In this document: in pieces, positions 1-11,515 of the stretch
How positions within the stretch are numbered: position 1 is the first letter of the stretch
How the letters are laid out: each line of letters begins with the position of its first letter
Notes under the pieces: generated by a model
What the model was told of the DNA's origin: nothing
Database searches by the model: none
What the model saw: only the letters and a program-made list of their open reading frames with translations
Assembly (NCBI RefSeq): GCF_001194135.2
Contig: NC_068988.1
Coordinates: forward strand, 27,226,120 to 27,267,230
From: Octopus bimaculoides
Lineage: Eukaryota
Direction of reading: 5' to 3'
Length of the DNA: 41,111 bases
Translations under genes and position numbers: made by a program

Positions 1-430
1 TCACCACAATCACCACCACCACCCTCACACAACCATCACCTCTACCACGGACAGCACCACCACCACCACCATCATCATCACTGCAACCACCACCACTACT
101 ACCACCACCATCACCACTACCCCTACTGTCACCACAATCACCACCACCACCCTCACACAACCATCACCTCTACCACGGACAGCACCACCACCACCACCAT
201 CATCATCACTGCAATCACCACCACTACCACCATCATCATCACTGCAACCATCACCACTACCACCACCACCATCTCCCCTACATCTACCATCACCACAATC
301 ACCACCACGACCCCCACACAACCATCACCTCCACCGCGGCCAACACCACCACCACCACCACCACCATCACTACAATCACCACCATCGTCATCGTCACCAC
401 CTCCATCATCACCCCTACCATTACCTACCC
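1..430. repeat. Degenerate (CAC/CAT)n trinucleotide tract with internal duplication
   Basis: CAC-rich; the CAATCACC...CTCTACCACGGACAGCACC block occurs twice, about 129 bp apart. Confidence 0.95.
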
Positions 431-992
431 TACCATCACTTCATTGAAATACAGGACACTTAAACAGGGACGAATATATAAAATGCAATACGTTGATGAT
501 TACATATTCAAGGAGCCAAATTCTGGGGACCGATTTATATTCTCATAATATTTCCTATGTGTGAACGGAATTATAATAGAAAACAAACCAGTTTTCAAAC
601 TTACGCTTTAAATGTCCTGCCAGAGGATAGGTTTCGACAGAAGTGCTCTTCTATCCCACCCACCCAATATTCACATGTACGCTAGTTTTGCTAACCCGTC
701 CTAACAATTGTGTAAAGGGGGAAGGCGGCCTAACACGCTGTTCGATTTATCTCCACCACCATCATGTCTTTCGGTTTCTATAGAGGACGTCATTCTGTTG
801 CGAGCATTCGTACCAGACATCCGGTTCCAATCCCGATTTGCAGATATTTTAAGTTGGGCATCATCAGTCGCAAACTCTCACACAAATCTGAGAAGAGTAG
901 CAAAACTAATTTACACAGCTTGTTTACTACCAAACTGAATGAGAGCTAGTGAGAGATGAATGTTTTAGTCATAGACTCTGCACAACATCAGT

Positions 993-1381
993 GTTGTTGT
1001 TGTTGGCACTCCGTCGCTTACGACGTTGAGGGTTCCAGTTGATCCGATCAACGGAACAGCCTGCTTGTGAAATTAACGTGCAAGTGGCTGAGCACTCCAC
1101 AGACACGTGTACCCTTAACGTAGTTCTCGGGGGTATTCAGCGTGACACAGTGCGACAAGGCTGACCCATTTGAATTACAGGCACAGTAGAAATAGGAAGT
1201 AAGAGTGAGAGAAAGTTGTGATGGAAGAGTACAGCAGGGTTTGTCACCATCCCCTGCCGGAGCCTCGTGTAGCTTAGGTGTTTTCGCTCTATAAACACTC
1301 ACAACGCCCGGTCTGGGAATCGAAACCGCAATCCTATGACCGCGAGTCCGCTGCCCTAACCACTGGGCCATTGCGCCTCCA
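993..1381 (-). mobile_element. Full-length young tRNA-derived SINE (Arg-TCG-like head, octopus OR-type)
   Basis: Head GGAGGCGCAATGGCCCAGTGGTTAGG...GGTTTCGATTCCC with A/B boxes, (AAC)n tail, and a 12-bp TSD CACAACATCAGT at 981-992 and 1382-1393. Confidence 0.9.
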
Positions 1382-1399
1382 CACAACATCAGTAGTGCA

Positions 1400-1800
1400 A
1401 ACTATTACTTCCAGCATCTGAAAGATGTTAGAGGCAGCTATAATTTCCAACACTTTTCCCGCCAATACACTTCCTGCCAATACACTTTCGTAAAACCAGA
1501 CCTACACAAAACCTTGTCTCCTACATCGCTCACCAATGTGCCATCGCCCTCGGTAAACATTTTGAAAACAATATCGTGATACATTAAAAAATATTCGGCT
1601 GTGTTTGCCATGTAAATTTAGCTAAACCACTGGCTTTTGAGCTCCATCGATCTCTCATCTATTGGATCAGAGCTTTCCTGGCAGATCGAACTATCATAGC
1701 TATATACTAACGGTACGGTTTCTCACCCACACCTTTCAACTCTGGCATACCCCAAGATTTTATCTTCAACCCCATACTTTTCAGCCGGCGCCTATATGAG
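1400..1800 (+). pseudogene. Decayed non-LTR (CR1/L2-like) reverse transcriptase fragment; may extend to about 740
   Basis: Manual translation across frameshifts gives TSSI*KMLEAAI, RPTQNLVSYIAHQ, DTLK/IFGCVCH (DISKAFD.VWH) and WIRAFLADRT...NSGIPQDFIFNPILF (NSGVPQGS.LSP.LF). Confidence 0.75.
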
Positions 1801-2109
1801 AGCATTTCTCTAGGCTAATAACGCAGTATTCGGTATTCGAACAAAGCAGCCATTTTAAGCTGGACATAAAGACTACCTTTTGGTAGTAATACTGCTTGCG
1901 TTGCAAACAATTAATTTTTAAATAGCTTGCTGGCTATTTGCGGCATCAGTGTCTAAAAAGATGTTGATATTCTACATATCGAAGCAACGAGACTTGACTG
2001 GCATGCGGTGACCGGACCTCTTGCACTGATGAGGTCCAGCAGACCGAAATTACGTGATGTAAGAATTCTGGCGCCCGTGACAGACGGTTCTCGTCTGCTA
2101 CTATGTGCC

Positions 2110-3149
2110 GCAATATGTGGAGATTTAAAAGTCATTGGAATGTTAATGGGAATGCAGCCAGGTTTCACAAAATGCTGTTGTTTCTTGTGTTTATGTGATA
2201 GTCGGGCAACTGACAGACATTATTCGGAATCAAACTGGCAGACAAGAACATCATACCAGCCAGGACTGTCTAGTAGTAAGAATACATCTCTTGTAGATCC
2301 ATGTAATATCCTATTGCCTCCTTTGCACATAAAGCTTGGACTGATGAAACAGTTTGTAAAAACACTAAGGAAGAGAAGGGCTTGAGTATATTATAGAAAA
2401 GTTTCCCAAAATCATACAGGCGAAGTTGAAAGAGGGTATCTTTGTCGGACCCAAAATTGGAGAAGTACTCAAAGATGCCACCTTCAAGACAACACTGGAT
2501 GAAATGGAACTGCCTGCTTGGAATACTTTCAAATGAATCTATGAGAACTTCTTGGGCAACAAGAAGGCAATGGACTACAAAGATGGTATCAAGAATCTTC
2601 TGAAATGTTACTCAGCAATAGGTTGTCGCATGTCACTTCTTGAAATCGCATCTGGATTTCTTCGCAGATAACCTTGGAGCAGTGCCTGACGAACATGGTG
2701 AAAGATTTCACCAGGACATTAGTACTATGGAGAAATGATAACAAGGCTTCTGGAATGACAGTATGCTGGCTGACTACTGCTGGACACTTTAGCGTGATCA
2801 ACCAGATTAGGAACACCGTAGGAAATCCAAATCACAATCTTTCTAACTCTGTTATTCTAACTTTGTCCGTTGGGTCTGACCCATTTGTTGTGTATTCAGT
2901 CTTTGTAGAATGATAGTGATGATTCTTAACTCAATAAATTCATTTACTTTCTAAAAGTAACATGTCCTTATCTATTACGTTAATGATTTCACATATACAA
3001 AGATGTAAATACTTGCATGTATCTACTGAAAAACTGATGCGTACTGCATACAAGTGGAGTGGAATTTTGAAACCAGCATGAAAAATTAATCGGAAAATGT
3101 TGGTTTACATTCATAATGAGTATAATACATTTAATTTTGCTAACCAGTG
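2110..3149 (+). mobile_element. Chapaev3-like (CMC) DNA transposon, 3' half; transposase pseudogene
   Basis: Motifs ICGDLKV..GMQPGFTKCCCFLC, LLPPLHIKLGLMKQFVK, KLKEGIFVGP, SHLDFFADNLGAVPDEHGERFHQDI and MLADYCW, with stops and frameshifts. Ends ...TTTTGCTAACCAGTG followed by TTA. Confidence 0.75.
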
Positions 3150-3618
3150 TTATCAGCCGCATGCTTCATGCGACTGATAGGGGATAGTTACCATCAATGA
3201 CGCACAAATCCCGAGACCTGACGATTCCACAGCCAGTACTGGCCTTTTTTCGTCTGTTCCTGATACTTCTGGACTTTTTAGCACCAAACGTCTATACGAG
3301 ATACCTTCTCAGACGAATACCGCTGTTGTGATTCTCATTCACGTTAAATAAGACACACACACACAGAGTTTTTAAAAGGGAAATAATTCGATGGTACCAA
3401 ATATTTTTTTTTACTTTTTGTTGGTTTTTATATTATGTATTTTGTTGTTAATTACTTATTTTATTCCTTCTTTTTATTTACTTAAGGAGTGTATGAAATA
3501 TTTCTCTTTAACCCTTTAGCGCCCATGGTCCTTTTTTTAGGACCAAAAGGATAATCCATCATATTTCTGCAACATTTGTATGTTTCTGAGATATCTTTAG
3601 TTAGTCATCAAGACTGGA

Positions 3619-3903
3619 NNNNNNNNNNNNNNNNNNNNNNNNNNNNNNNNNNNNNNNNNNNNNNNNNNNNNNNNNNNNNNNNNNNNNNNNNNNNNNNNNN
3701 NNNNNNNNNNNNNNNNNNNNNNNNNNNNNNNNNNNNNNNNNNNNNNNNNNNNNNNNNNNNNNNNNNNNNNNNNNNNNNNNNNNNNNNNNNNNNNNNNNNN
3801 NNNNNNNNNNNNNNNNNNNNNNNNNNNNNNNNNNNNNNNNNNNNNNNNNNNNNNNNNNNNNNNNNNNNNNNNNNNNNNNNNNNNNNNNNNNNNNNNNNNN
3901 NNN
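3619..3903. other. Assembly gap (others at 11849-11858, 35158-35551, 38593-38640, 39680-39963)
   Basis: Runs of N. Confidence 1.
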
Positions 3904-4024
3904 NGTAAAAACAGACGAAATATGCTAAGCATTTCGCCCGGCGTGCTAACGATTCTGCCAGCTCGCCGACTTGCACTAATGGGTCAATATGATACGGATA
4001 TATATGCACCCTGTGTCTTCGTGA

Positions 4025-4065
<41 letters not shown>

Positions 4066-4416
4066 CAAACAATCGTTGCACATTTCAAGCTCTCAATCGA
4101 TGGAGAGAAGTTTTAAATACATAGTTATGTCCCTTACATTGTCGAACAAAGAGTTGCTTCCCTTGAAAATGTCTGTCTACCTCGCTATTGCTGTCCATTT
4201 ACCTCAAATTCTAGCACCCTCTTCAGAACATGTTCCTCGTCCCTCAACACATGCCCATACCACTTTGTGAGTTGTTATTTTTTCACCTTACATCAGTCTT
4301 AACGATGGAACCAAATCTATGATAGTATCTACAGTATTAAAGCGATGAATTGACAGAACCATTAGCACACCAGCCAAAATGTTTAGCAGCATTTCTTCCG
4401 ACTTTATGTTCTGGGT

Positions 4417-4645
4417 GAACTCAGAATGTAAAGACAGACGAAATACTGCTAAGCATTTTGCCCGGCGTGCTAATGCTTCAGCCAGCTCGCCGCCTTAATA
4501 CTGTGGAATATTTATTTCTTTATTGCCCACAGGAGGGCTAAACATGGACAGAACAAACACAGACAGACAAAGGGATTGAGCCGATTACATCAAATTTCAG
4601 TGCCTAACTGGTACTTATTTAATCAACCCCGAAAGGATGAAAGGG
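4417..4645 (-). mobile_element. SINE family B fragments (two adjacent pieces)
   Basis: Reverse complement of GGCGGCGAGCTGGC...TTCTGAGTTC and CCTTTCATCCTTTCGGGG...AAGTACCAG. Confidence 0.75.
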
Positions 4646-4678
4646 TCTTTCAACTGAAAAGGCATTCACCTAAAATTT

Positions 4679-4820
4679 GGCGTTAGGAAGGGCATCCAGC
4701 TGTAGAAACTCTGCCAAATCAGACTGGAGCCTGGTGTTGCCATCCGGTTTCACCAGTCCTCAGTCAAATCGTCCAACCCATGCTAGCATGGAAAGCGGAC
4801 GTTAAACGATGATGATGATG
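4679..4820 (+). mobile_element. RTE-type 3' tail, young copy
   Basis: GGCGTTAGGAAGGGCATCCAG...GGACGTTAAAC(GAT)n; identical to the reverse complement of 40942-41083. Confidence 0.85.
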
Positions 4821-5432
4821 AATAACAAATTTGGGGGCTACATGATAGCAAAGAAGTCTTCTTAATCATTCATCTAAACAGCATCCATATATCAATGATT
4901 ACATCATCTGTGTCCTTCTTTGGAATGCTAATCGAGGGAGATTTGGCAGCTTTTTCTAGCAGATCAAGCAACCACATAGAGGCTTCCTCCAATGTTCACA
5001 AAAGGTGGAAGAAGTCTCATACATTGAGGTTATATTCGAATGCTTTTAACAATGTTCTACAGTTCTGAAGTATGAAAAATGTATAAAGGTCTGAAGCTGA
5101 AGAAGGATGAGCTAAGTATCGACTGCTGGGCATGCAAGGTTAACTTACAAGTAGAGAAAATGATTGGATGTTAAAAACATGTTGGAATGGATAGACAGAC
5201 AGGCTTTGGTTGACCAAAAGCATTGTGAAAGGATTTTGTAGATGGAAACAGAAAGAAGCTAATTGTTTGTGTGTCTGTCTGTCTGTTCACATGCAGGTCT
5301 GTGTGCACCTATTTGCCAGCAGGTGAGGGTTGGCAACAAGAAGGGCATCCAGCCACAGAAAATCTGCCTCAACAAATTCCATCTTAAAGCATAGAAGCAT
5401 GGAAAAGTGCATGGGAGCATGAAAAAGGCACA

Positions 5433-5813
5433 AGAGTGGCCATGTGGTAAGTAGCTTGCATACCAACCACATGGTTCCGGGTTCAGTCCCACTGTATGGC
5501 ACCTTGGGCAAGTGTCTTCTACTATAGCCTTGGGCTGACCAAAGCCTTGTGAGTAAATTTGGTAGACGGAAACTGAAAGAAGCCTGTCATATATATGTAT
5601 ATGTATGTGTCTTTGTGTGTCTGTGTTTGTCCCCCCCACCATCGCTTGACAACCGATGCTAGTGTGTTTACATCCCCGTAACTTAGCGGTTCGGCAAAAG
5701 AGACTGATAGAATAATTACTAGGCTTACAAAAAATAAGTCCTGGGGTTGATTTTCTCGACCAAAGGCAGTGCTCCAGCATGGCCACAGTCAAATAACTGA
5801 AACAAGAAAAGAG
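5433..5813 (+). mobile_element. tRNA-derived SINE family A
   Basis: Head GAGTGGC..TGTGGTAAGTAGCTTG...GGGTTCAGTCCC, internal (TA/TG)n, tail GTGCTCCAGCATGGCC.CAGTC..TGA.TGAAAC. Confidence 0.9.
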
Positions 5814-6186
5814 TAGGGTGCATAGGAGAGATCCTTGCCCTATGTGTCCATGAAGCATTAAGTTATATGAAGTCAAGTCAAACTGAAAATTGAAAACATT
5901 AAGCCTCTCAGATGAGGTGGCACAGGTTCAAGATGCATGTAAAGAATCTACATCACAGAAAGATACATCAAACCCAAATCAAAATAAGGAAGAAAAAAAA
6001 AACTGAAATGATTATAACTCAATGGGAACAATTAAATAACCTTTTATTTATAATTTTAATAAAACATTTCAGATTTTTTTTAAGAAAATAACAGAAAAAT
6101 AATAATAATGAATAATAATAAAAATAATAATAATTAGTAATAATAATAATGAGGATGATATTCATGTCATCTCGTCGTCCTCATTG

Positions 6187-6994
6187 TTACCTGTACATCA
6201 TTTCAGCCATTTCACTCATTTTTTTAGGGATATGAACAAATTCTTCAAAGTAACAAGCAAGTTCATTGACACTCATATCATCAAGTCTGGCTTGTAAAGA
6301 ACAAGTCTTTTCTATAGAAAGGGGAGAAATGGAATTTACTGCCAGAGATGACAGTCGCATTTCCAAAGGAGATTGGTTGTTCATAGAGGGACAAGGAAGC
6401 ATTTCACGCGATAAGTTATGCTGATAAGCTAAAAACTGAGGGGCTGTGGTATCGTTCGTCAAGACAGGAATTTTGAAAGTTTCAGGGGTGTTTTGAGCCA
6501 AAGATGCAAAATTTGTAGATGATCTCTCAGAGCAACGGCCAAATACTGCACCGACTTCCAGTTTTGAAGATTTGTTTTTACACACACCATGCTTAGCACG
6601 TTTATTTGCATTGAACTGTGAAAGAAACTTTAAACGTGAAGCACGCAGTACACTCCTTTCGGAACTGTCAGAGGGGTGAGGTCGAAACCGAGCCTCTTTT
6701 ATGACGCCTCTACAACTGGATAAGGACCGGGCCAAGTTAAATTTATCCAGCATGGAGGAGGACAGTTTTTTTCTCAAATATACTTTGCAACATTCTGCCT
6801 TTTGGCATTCCGGACAAATAAGCTTCAACTTCTGAAGTGAAGATATACATCCAGTCATCAGTTCTGTAGAGCTTACTGTAGGTCTAGTTGCAATAGAATT
6901 CCTGGTGAGAATGTCAGAATTAAGTTTGTTTCCTTCTTGCTGACACTGGGCTGGAGACCGAAGTCGTTCACAGGATTTTTCTTCAGTCTGTTTC
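6187..6994 (-). CDS. OSER1: OSER1 (oxidative stress-responsive serine-rich protein 1) homologue, last coding exon
   Basis: Lies within ORF 6187..7074. The C-terminus TCSLQARLDDMSVNELACYFEEFVHIPKKMSEMAEMMYR* matches the conserved OSER1 end (vertebrate ...[38 protein letters not shown]). A polypyrimidine tract plus CTAG acceptor gives an exon start at 6994, phase 2. Confidence 0.88.
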
Positions 6995-7039
6995 CTAGAA
7001 AAAGAAGAAAAAAAAGTTTGTTGAGAACAAAATAAACTA

Positions 7040-7378
7040 CAGGGTGATTCAAAAGTCACCATACACAGGAACAATTTATCTTTTTATAAGAAACAATTTA
7101 TAAGAACAGTCTTCTTTTTATTTAACAGGCTCTATATGGTTACCATTGTTTTGAATACACATTGCAGTACGTTTACCCCACTCATTGTGAACTCGTAATA
7201 GCACATCTGGTGATATGTGTGCAAAGGAGTTGGTGATGCGTTCCTTCAAATGATTTATGCTTTTTATCTTTTCGCGATACACCGTGCCTTTCAAATGCCC
7301 CCCAAAGATAGAAATCAAGAGGGGTCAGATCAGGGGATCTAGGGGATCTTATAAACTGTTTCTTATAAAAAAATATAT
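7040..7378 (-). mobile_element. Internally deleted Tc1/mariner element
   Basis: TA|CAGGGTGATTCAAAAG terminus at 7040. Transposase C-terminus PRSPDLTPLDFYLWG/HLKGTVY...LKERI...GNHIE. Inverted subterminal copies at about 7081-7105 and 7347-7371; the right terminus is lost. Confidence 0.85.
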
Positions 7379-7379
7379 A

Positions 7380-7558
7380 CACATTGTTTTGAATTAATTA
7401 TATATTATCTTGTAGCTTTGAGACATCAATAATGTGACTGTATATTTTTTAGACTAACATTGTAGGGTAGGTGTGAGAGTCTGAATCTAGCTGATTTCAG
7501 CATAAACCAGGTAGGATATCTGGGCCAGATACGGCCAGTTTAAATACTAAAGAGCTAA
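7380..7558 (-). mobile_element. Fragment of the TTAA (piggyBac-type) MITE also at 29174-29745
   Basis: Reverse complement resembles 29174-29345 and ends AATACTAAAGAGCTAA (cf. AATGCTAAAGGGTTAA). Confidence 0.7.
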
Positions 7559-8251
7559 AGAAATTAAAAAAACATAATATAACTTTACATTTTTGCATTT
7601 TTTCTGAAAACCTAAGTCCTCGTGCCTTTTTTCTTTCTTTTTTTTTTTTTTGTATTCAACAATCTTGTATTTATCATTATCTGGATTTTAATAATATTCT
7701 TTATAAGAATTAGGCTGAACATATTGAAGTATTTGCTTTCTTTTTCTGGTGTATTTTGCATAAAGGCTTCACACAGCTAATTTTTTATCATAATGTTCAA
7801 GATTTGTTCTTAGTTACAACTAACTGTTTAGCTAACTACACAGATTTAAAGAGTGAGTGTTTAGCTTGAGTTTTAGATTTTGTAACAGAATATTTATGTA
7901 AACTGCAAACTCAAATAAGCACAAGAGAAATATTTCTCCTGTGGAAAATCTAAATGGAAATTTTATAGAAAAAGTAAAATATCTATTTATCCTCAGCTTT
8001 GGTCAGTCCGAAACAAGGTGCCACGCAGTGGGACTGAACCCAAAACCACGTAGTTAAGAAGCAAACGTCTCAACCACACAACCATGCCTGCATCTAGAAC
8101 ATATCTGTAAGTTTATTAACCAATAGTGTGTTATAATGATTGTAAACAATATATCAATAAAATATCTCTAACACCTTTAACAAAATCTGAACTCAGAATC
8201 ATGTGATCAATGGCCACCTTATTTCTTATTTTCATCAAGCATGAAAATTTA

Positions 8252-8714
8252 GGGAGTGGCTGTGTGGTAAGTAGCTTGCTTACGAACCACATGGTTCCAG
8301 GTTCAGTCCCCACTGCGTGGTACCTTGGGCAAGTGTCTTCTACTATAGCCTAGGGCCGACCAAAGCCTTGTGAGTGGATTTGGTAGACGGAAACTGAAAG
8401 AAGCCCATCGTATGTATATGTATATATATATATATGTGTGTGTGTGCGTGTGTGTGTGTGTGTGTGTTTGTGTGTGTATGTGCGTGTGTGTGTATGTGCA
8501 TGTGTGTGTTTGTGTGTCTGTGTTTGTCCCCCCCACCATCGCTTGACAACTGATGCTGGTGTGTTTAGGTCTCCGTAACTTAACAGTTCGACAAAAGAGA
8601 CCGATAGAATAAGTACTAGGCTTACAAAGAATAAGTCCTGGAGTCGATTTGCTCGACTAAAGGCGGTGCTCCAGCATGGCTACAGTCAAATGACTGAAAC
8701 AAGTAAAAGAGTAA
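8252..8714 (+). mobile_element. SINE family A, full length
   Basis: Same head, microsatellite and tail as 5433-5813. Confidence 0.9.
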
Positions 8715-9345
8715 ACAAGTTACAAATTATGTAGAGGTGTACACACGTGCATGCACAAATACTAATTGACACCATAGAGACTAGTGTAAAGAGAAATTGA
8801 TATGTTTGTGAAATGTTGATACTAAGAAAACTACATTACACCAATCTAGCAAACTGGAAGTTAGATTAGTAAAAAGATATGGGGAGGAGGGGTGCAGATA
8901 AATGACAGGATAAAATAAGCTTAGCAGATTTATATATAGCTCAGAGTTGAAATCCTGCCAAAAAGTTGTTTGTGTTTTGCATGTTATGTAGTAAAAGCTA
9001 CAGGAGTGGGGAGGACTTCAATGTTGAACGAAAAGAACCAGAGGGTCGTTAGCAAATATTTATTTCATCATTAACATTCACTTAAGTGTGGAGCAAATTC
9101 CTTGCATTAACAGAGATTATATTGATTAGAAATGAGAGAAAACAAATCTTTGACCTGTTGTTAATTATACATTGAGAAGTTGAACTTCTCAATGAAGTTG
9201 ATATCTAGACCTTTAACTAAGATTAAACTACCGATATTTATTCTGCTGAAGTCTGATGCTTCACAAAATTCTTTCTCATAAAAACCTTCAAGTATGGAAA
9301 ATATATTAGTCATACAGAGATGTTACACACACACACAAATATATA

Positions 9346-10197
9346 CAGGGTGTGATGGATAAATCGTCACCATTTTATATTTTTAATTTCGTACATGTGC
9401 ATTGTTTGCTTTTGGTTTTCTCAACTACACAGTATAGTAGGGTCAGTTGGGCACCATCTGTAAGAAAAACACCACCATGATGCAATTCACTCTGCCAGAA
9501 ATTTGGAAACGACATGCTGTACTGCTTGGCATCCACACCAAAAGCTCCAATACAAACATTTCAGAGTGTTTGGGTGTCAATCTGAGGCCAGTGCAATTTG
9601 AGGACATGTACCAAGAGTGACAAAAATAAAACATCCAGTCAACATCTTTGTGTTCGGAGTGATCACTAATGATGGTGACATTATGCCACCATTCATCTTC
9701 GCACAGAACCTCAGACTCAACACGGAGGCCTACATCAAGTACCAGGAGGTAGTAGTGCTGCCTTGGGTTAACAGGGTGGCTGCTGGAAGACCCTATGTCT
9801 AGCAACAAGACTCTGCACCATGCCACACAAGCAGGAGAACCCAGTCATGGCTGTCAGGCAATTTCTGCAACATCACCCCTAACATCTGGTCACTTAACTC
9901 CCCAGATTGCAACCCCCTTGATTATTGTGTAGGGCACAGTTGAGCGAGAGACCAACAAAATTCCTCATAACACCAAAAATGAACTGAAGGCAAGGATTAT
10001 GGCAGCATTCACCAACTTAAACAAGGAGAACATCCACAAGAGTTGCAGAGGATTCCGAAGTTGTCTGGAGGCTGTGGCTGAACCAATGGCGATTTTATTG
10101 AATAAATTTACTCTTTAGTATTTCAAGAGATTTTTATGTAATTTTGGTAAACATATCTGTTAAAATAAGATGTCAGTGTTATTTTCATTTTTGTGTA
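9346..10197 (+). mobile_element. Tc1/mariner DD37D (maT-type) deletion derivative
   Basis: TA|CAGGGTGTGATGG terminus. N-terminus MMQFTLPEIWKRHAVLLG followed by an internal deletion. Catalytic region QQDSAPCHTS...NSPDCNPLDY with 36 residues between the Ds in this copy. Confidence 0.85.
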
Positions 10198-10257
10198 AGC
10201 CTATAGACACAAGACAATAATATATCTAGGACTACATTATCTAATGTCTTTTTTAGG

Positions 10258-10582
10258 TGTAGGCATGGTTGTGTGGCTAAGAACCATGTGGTTTCAGGTT
10301 CTGTCCCACTGCATGGGACCTTGGGGAAATGTCTTCTACCATGGCTTTGAACCAACCAATAACTTGTGAGAAGAATTAGTAGATGTAGAAGCCCATCGTG
10401 TGTGTGTGTGTGTGTGTGTGCATGCGTTTTTGTGTCCCAGCATTGCTTGACAATTTGTGGGTTTGTTTACATCCCCATAACTAAGTGATACAGCAAAAGG
10501 GACCAGTAGAATAAGTATCAGCCCGATACTGGGGTTGATTAGGCAGTGCACCAGCATGGCCACAGTTCAATGACTGAAACAT
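10258..10582 (+). mobile_element. SINE family A, diverged
   Basis: Same head and tail motifs, degraded. Confidence 0.8.
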
Positions 10583-10984
10583 TTAGACAATACAGAATTT
10601 ATATCTTGCAGAGAATAGGTGTGAATGCCCTGTCCATCCCATGATGTGATACATACACTTAATAATATTAATAGTAAATTTTTTTTTTTTAATTTCAATT
10701 ACAATAGACAAAGACTGTTTCTGGGAACTATTTTATATGAGCTAAATCAGTTTTGTTTGCTGTTGTTGTCAAATGAATGAACTAAACAAAAGTACAGTGT
10801 AGTTCTTTCAAACCAGACGAGAACAAAGACACTTGACATAATACATCTATGGGACATTTCAAAACATTAAATTTCATCACGCAACACTCTGCCATCCCAT
10901 CTCCAGCCCATTATATGCTATGATAATGGATTCACATTCTAAGAAAGAAAAAAAAAAAACTAATTCAAACATTCAACTTGAAAA

Positions 10985-11360
10985 TACTGCCAGTGGTACG
11001 GAAAAAGCACCATGTGAATATGGTTGATGCCAGTGCCTCCTGACTGGCTCCCGTGCTGGTGGAATGTAAAAAGCACCATCCAAACGTGGTCAATGCCAGG
11101 CCCGCCTGACTGGCTCCCATGGTGGTGGTACATAAAAAGCACCATCCAAATGTGGTCAATGCCAGTGCCCTGACTGGCTCCCATGCTGGTGGCACGTTAA
11201 GAGCACCATCTAAACATGGTCAATGCCAGTGGCACATAAAAAGCACCCACAACGCTCTCAGAGTGGTTGGCATTAGGAACGGCATCCAGCTGTAGAAGAA
11301 CCTTGCTAGATCAGATTGGAGCCTGGTGCAGCCAACTGGCTTGCCAGTCTTCAGTTGATT
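10985..11360 (+). mobile_element. RTE-type 3' UTR with about 63-bp tandem units
   Basis: Three to four units of ...AAAAAGCACCATC..A.GTGGTCAATGCCAG..CC.TGACTGGCTCCC.TG.TGGTGG, then the AGGAA.GGCATCCAG tail. Confidence 0.75.
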
Positions 11361-11364
11361 AGAT

Positions 11365-11515
11365 CAAAATTAAGTACGCAACTGGTACTTAATTTATTGA
11401 TCCCGAAAGGATGAAAGGCAAAGTCAGCCTCAGCAGAATTTGAACTCAGAACGTAAAGACAGACGAAATACCGCTAAGCATTTCGCCCGGCATGCTAACA
11501 TTTCTGCCAGCTCAT
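11365..11515 (-). mobile_element. SINE family B
   Basis: CTGGTACTTAATTTAT..CCCGAAAGGATGAAAGGC...GAACTCAGAACG...GCCAGCTC. Confidence 0.85.

Noticed and set aside
25-321. Gly/Asp/Val-rich ORF and other low-complexity ORFs (YIYI, HTHT, VCVC, poly-H) in the ORF track
   Set aside because: These are translations of microsatellites or N-runs, with no homology or splice support.
3508-3550. TTAA-CCCTTTAGCG start and GGTCC/GGACC hairpin as a piggyBac-type terminus
   Set aside because: The partner end would fall in the adjacent gap, so it cannot be supported.
10800-10960. Strong minus-strand acceptor (T12 CTTTCTTAG) as an extra OSER1 coding exon
   Set aside because: All frames compatible with the upstream exons hit a stop within a few codons, and no convincing donor follows.
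10985-11250. Regularly spaced repeats as a CRISPR array
   Set aside because: Units are contiguous tandem copies without unique spacers, in a eukaryotic retroelement tail.
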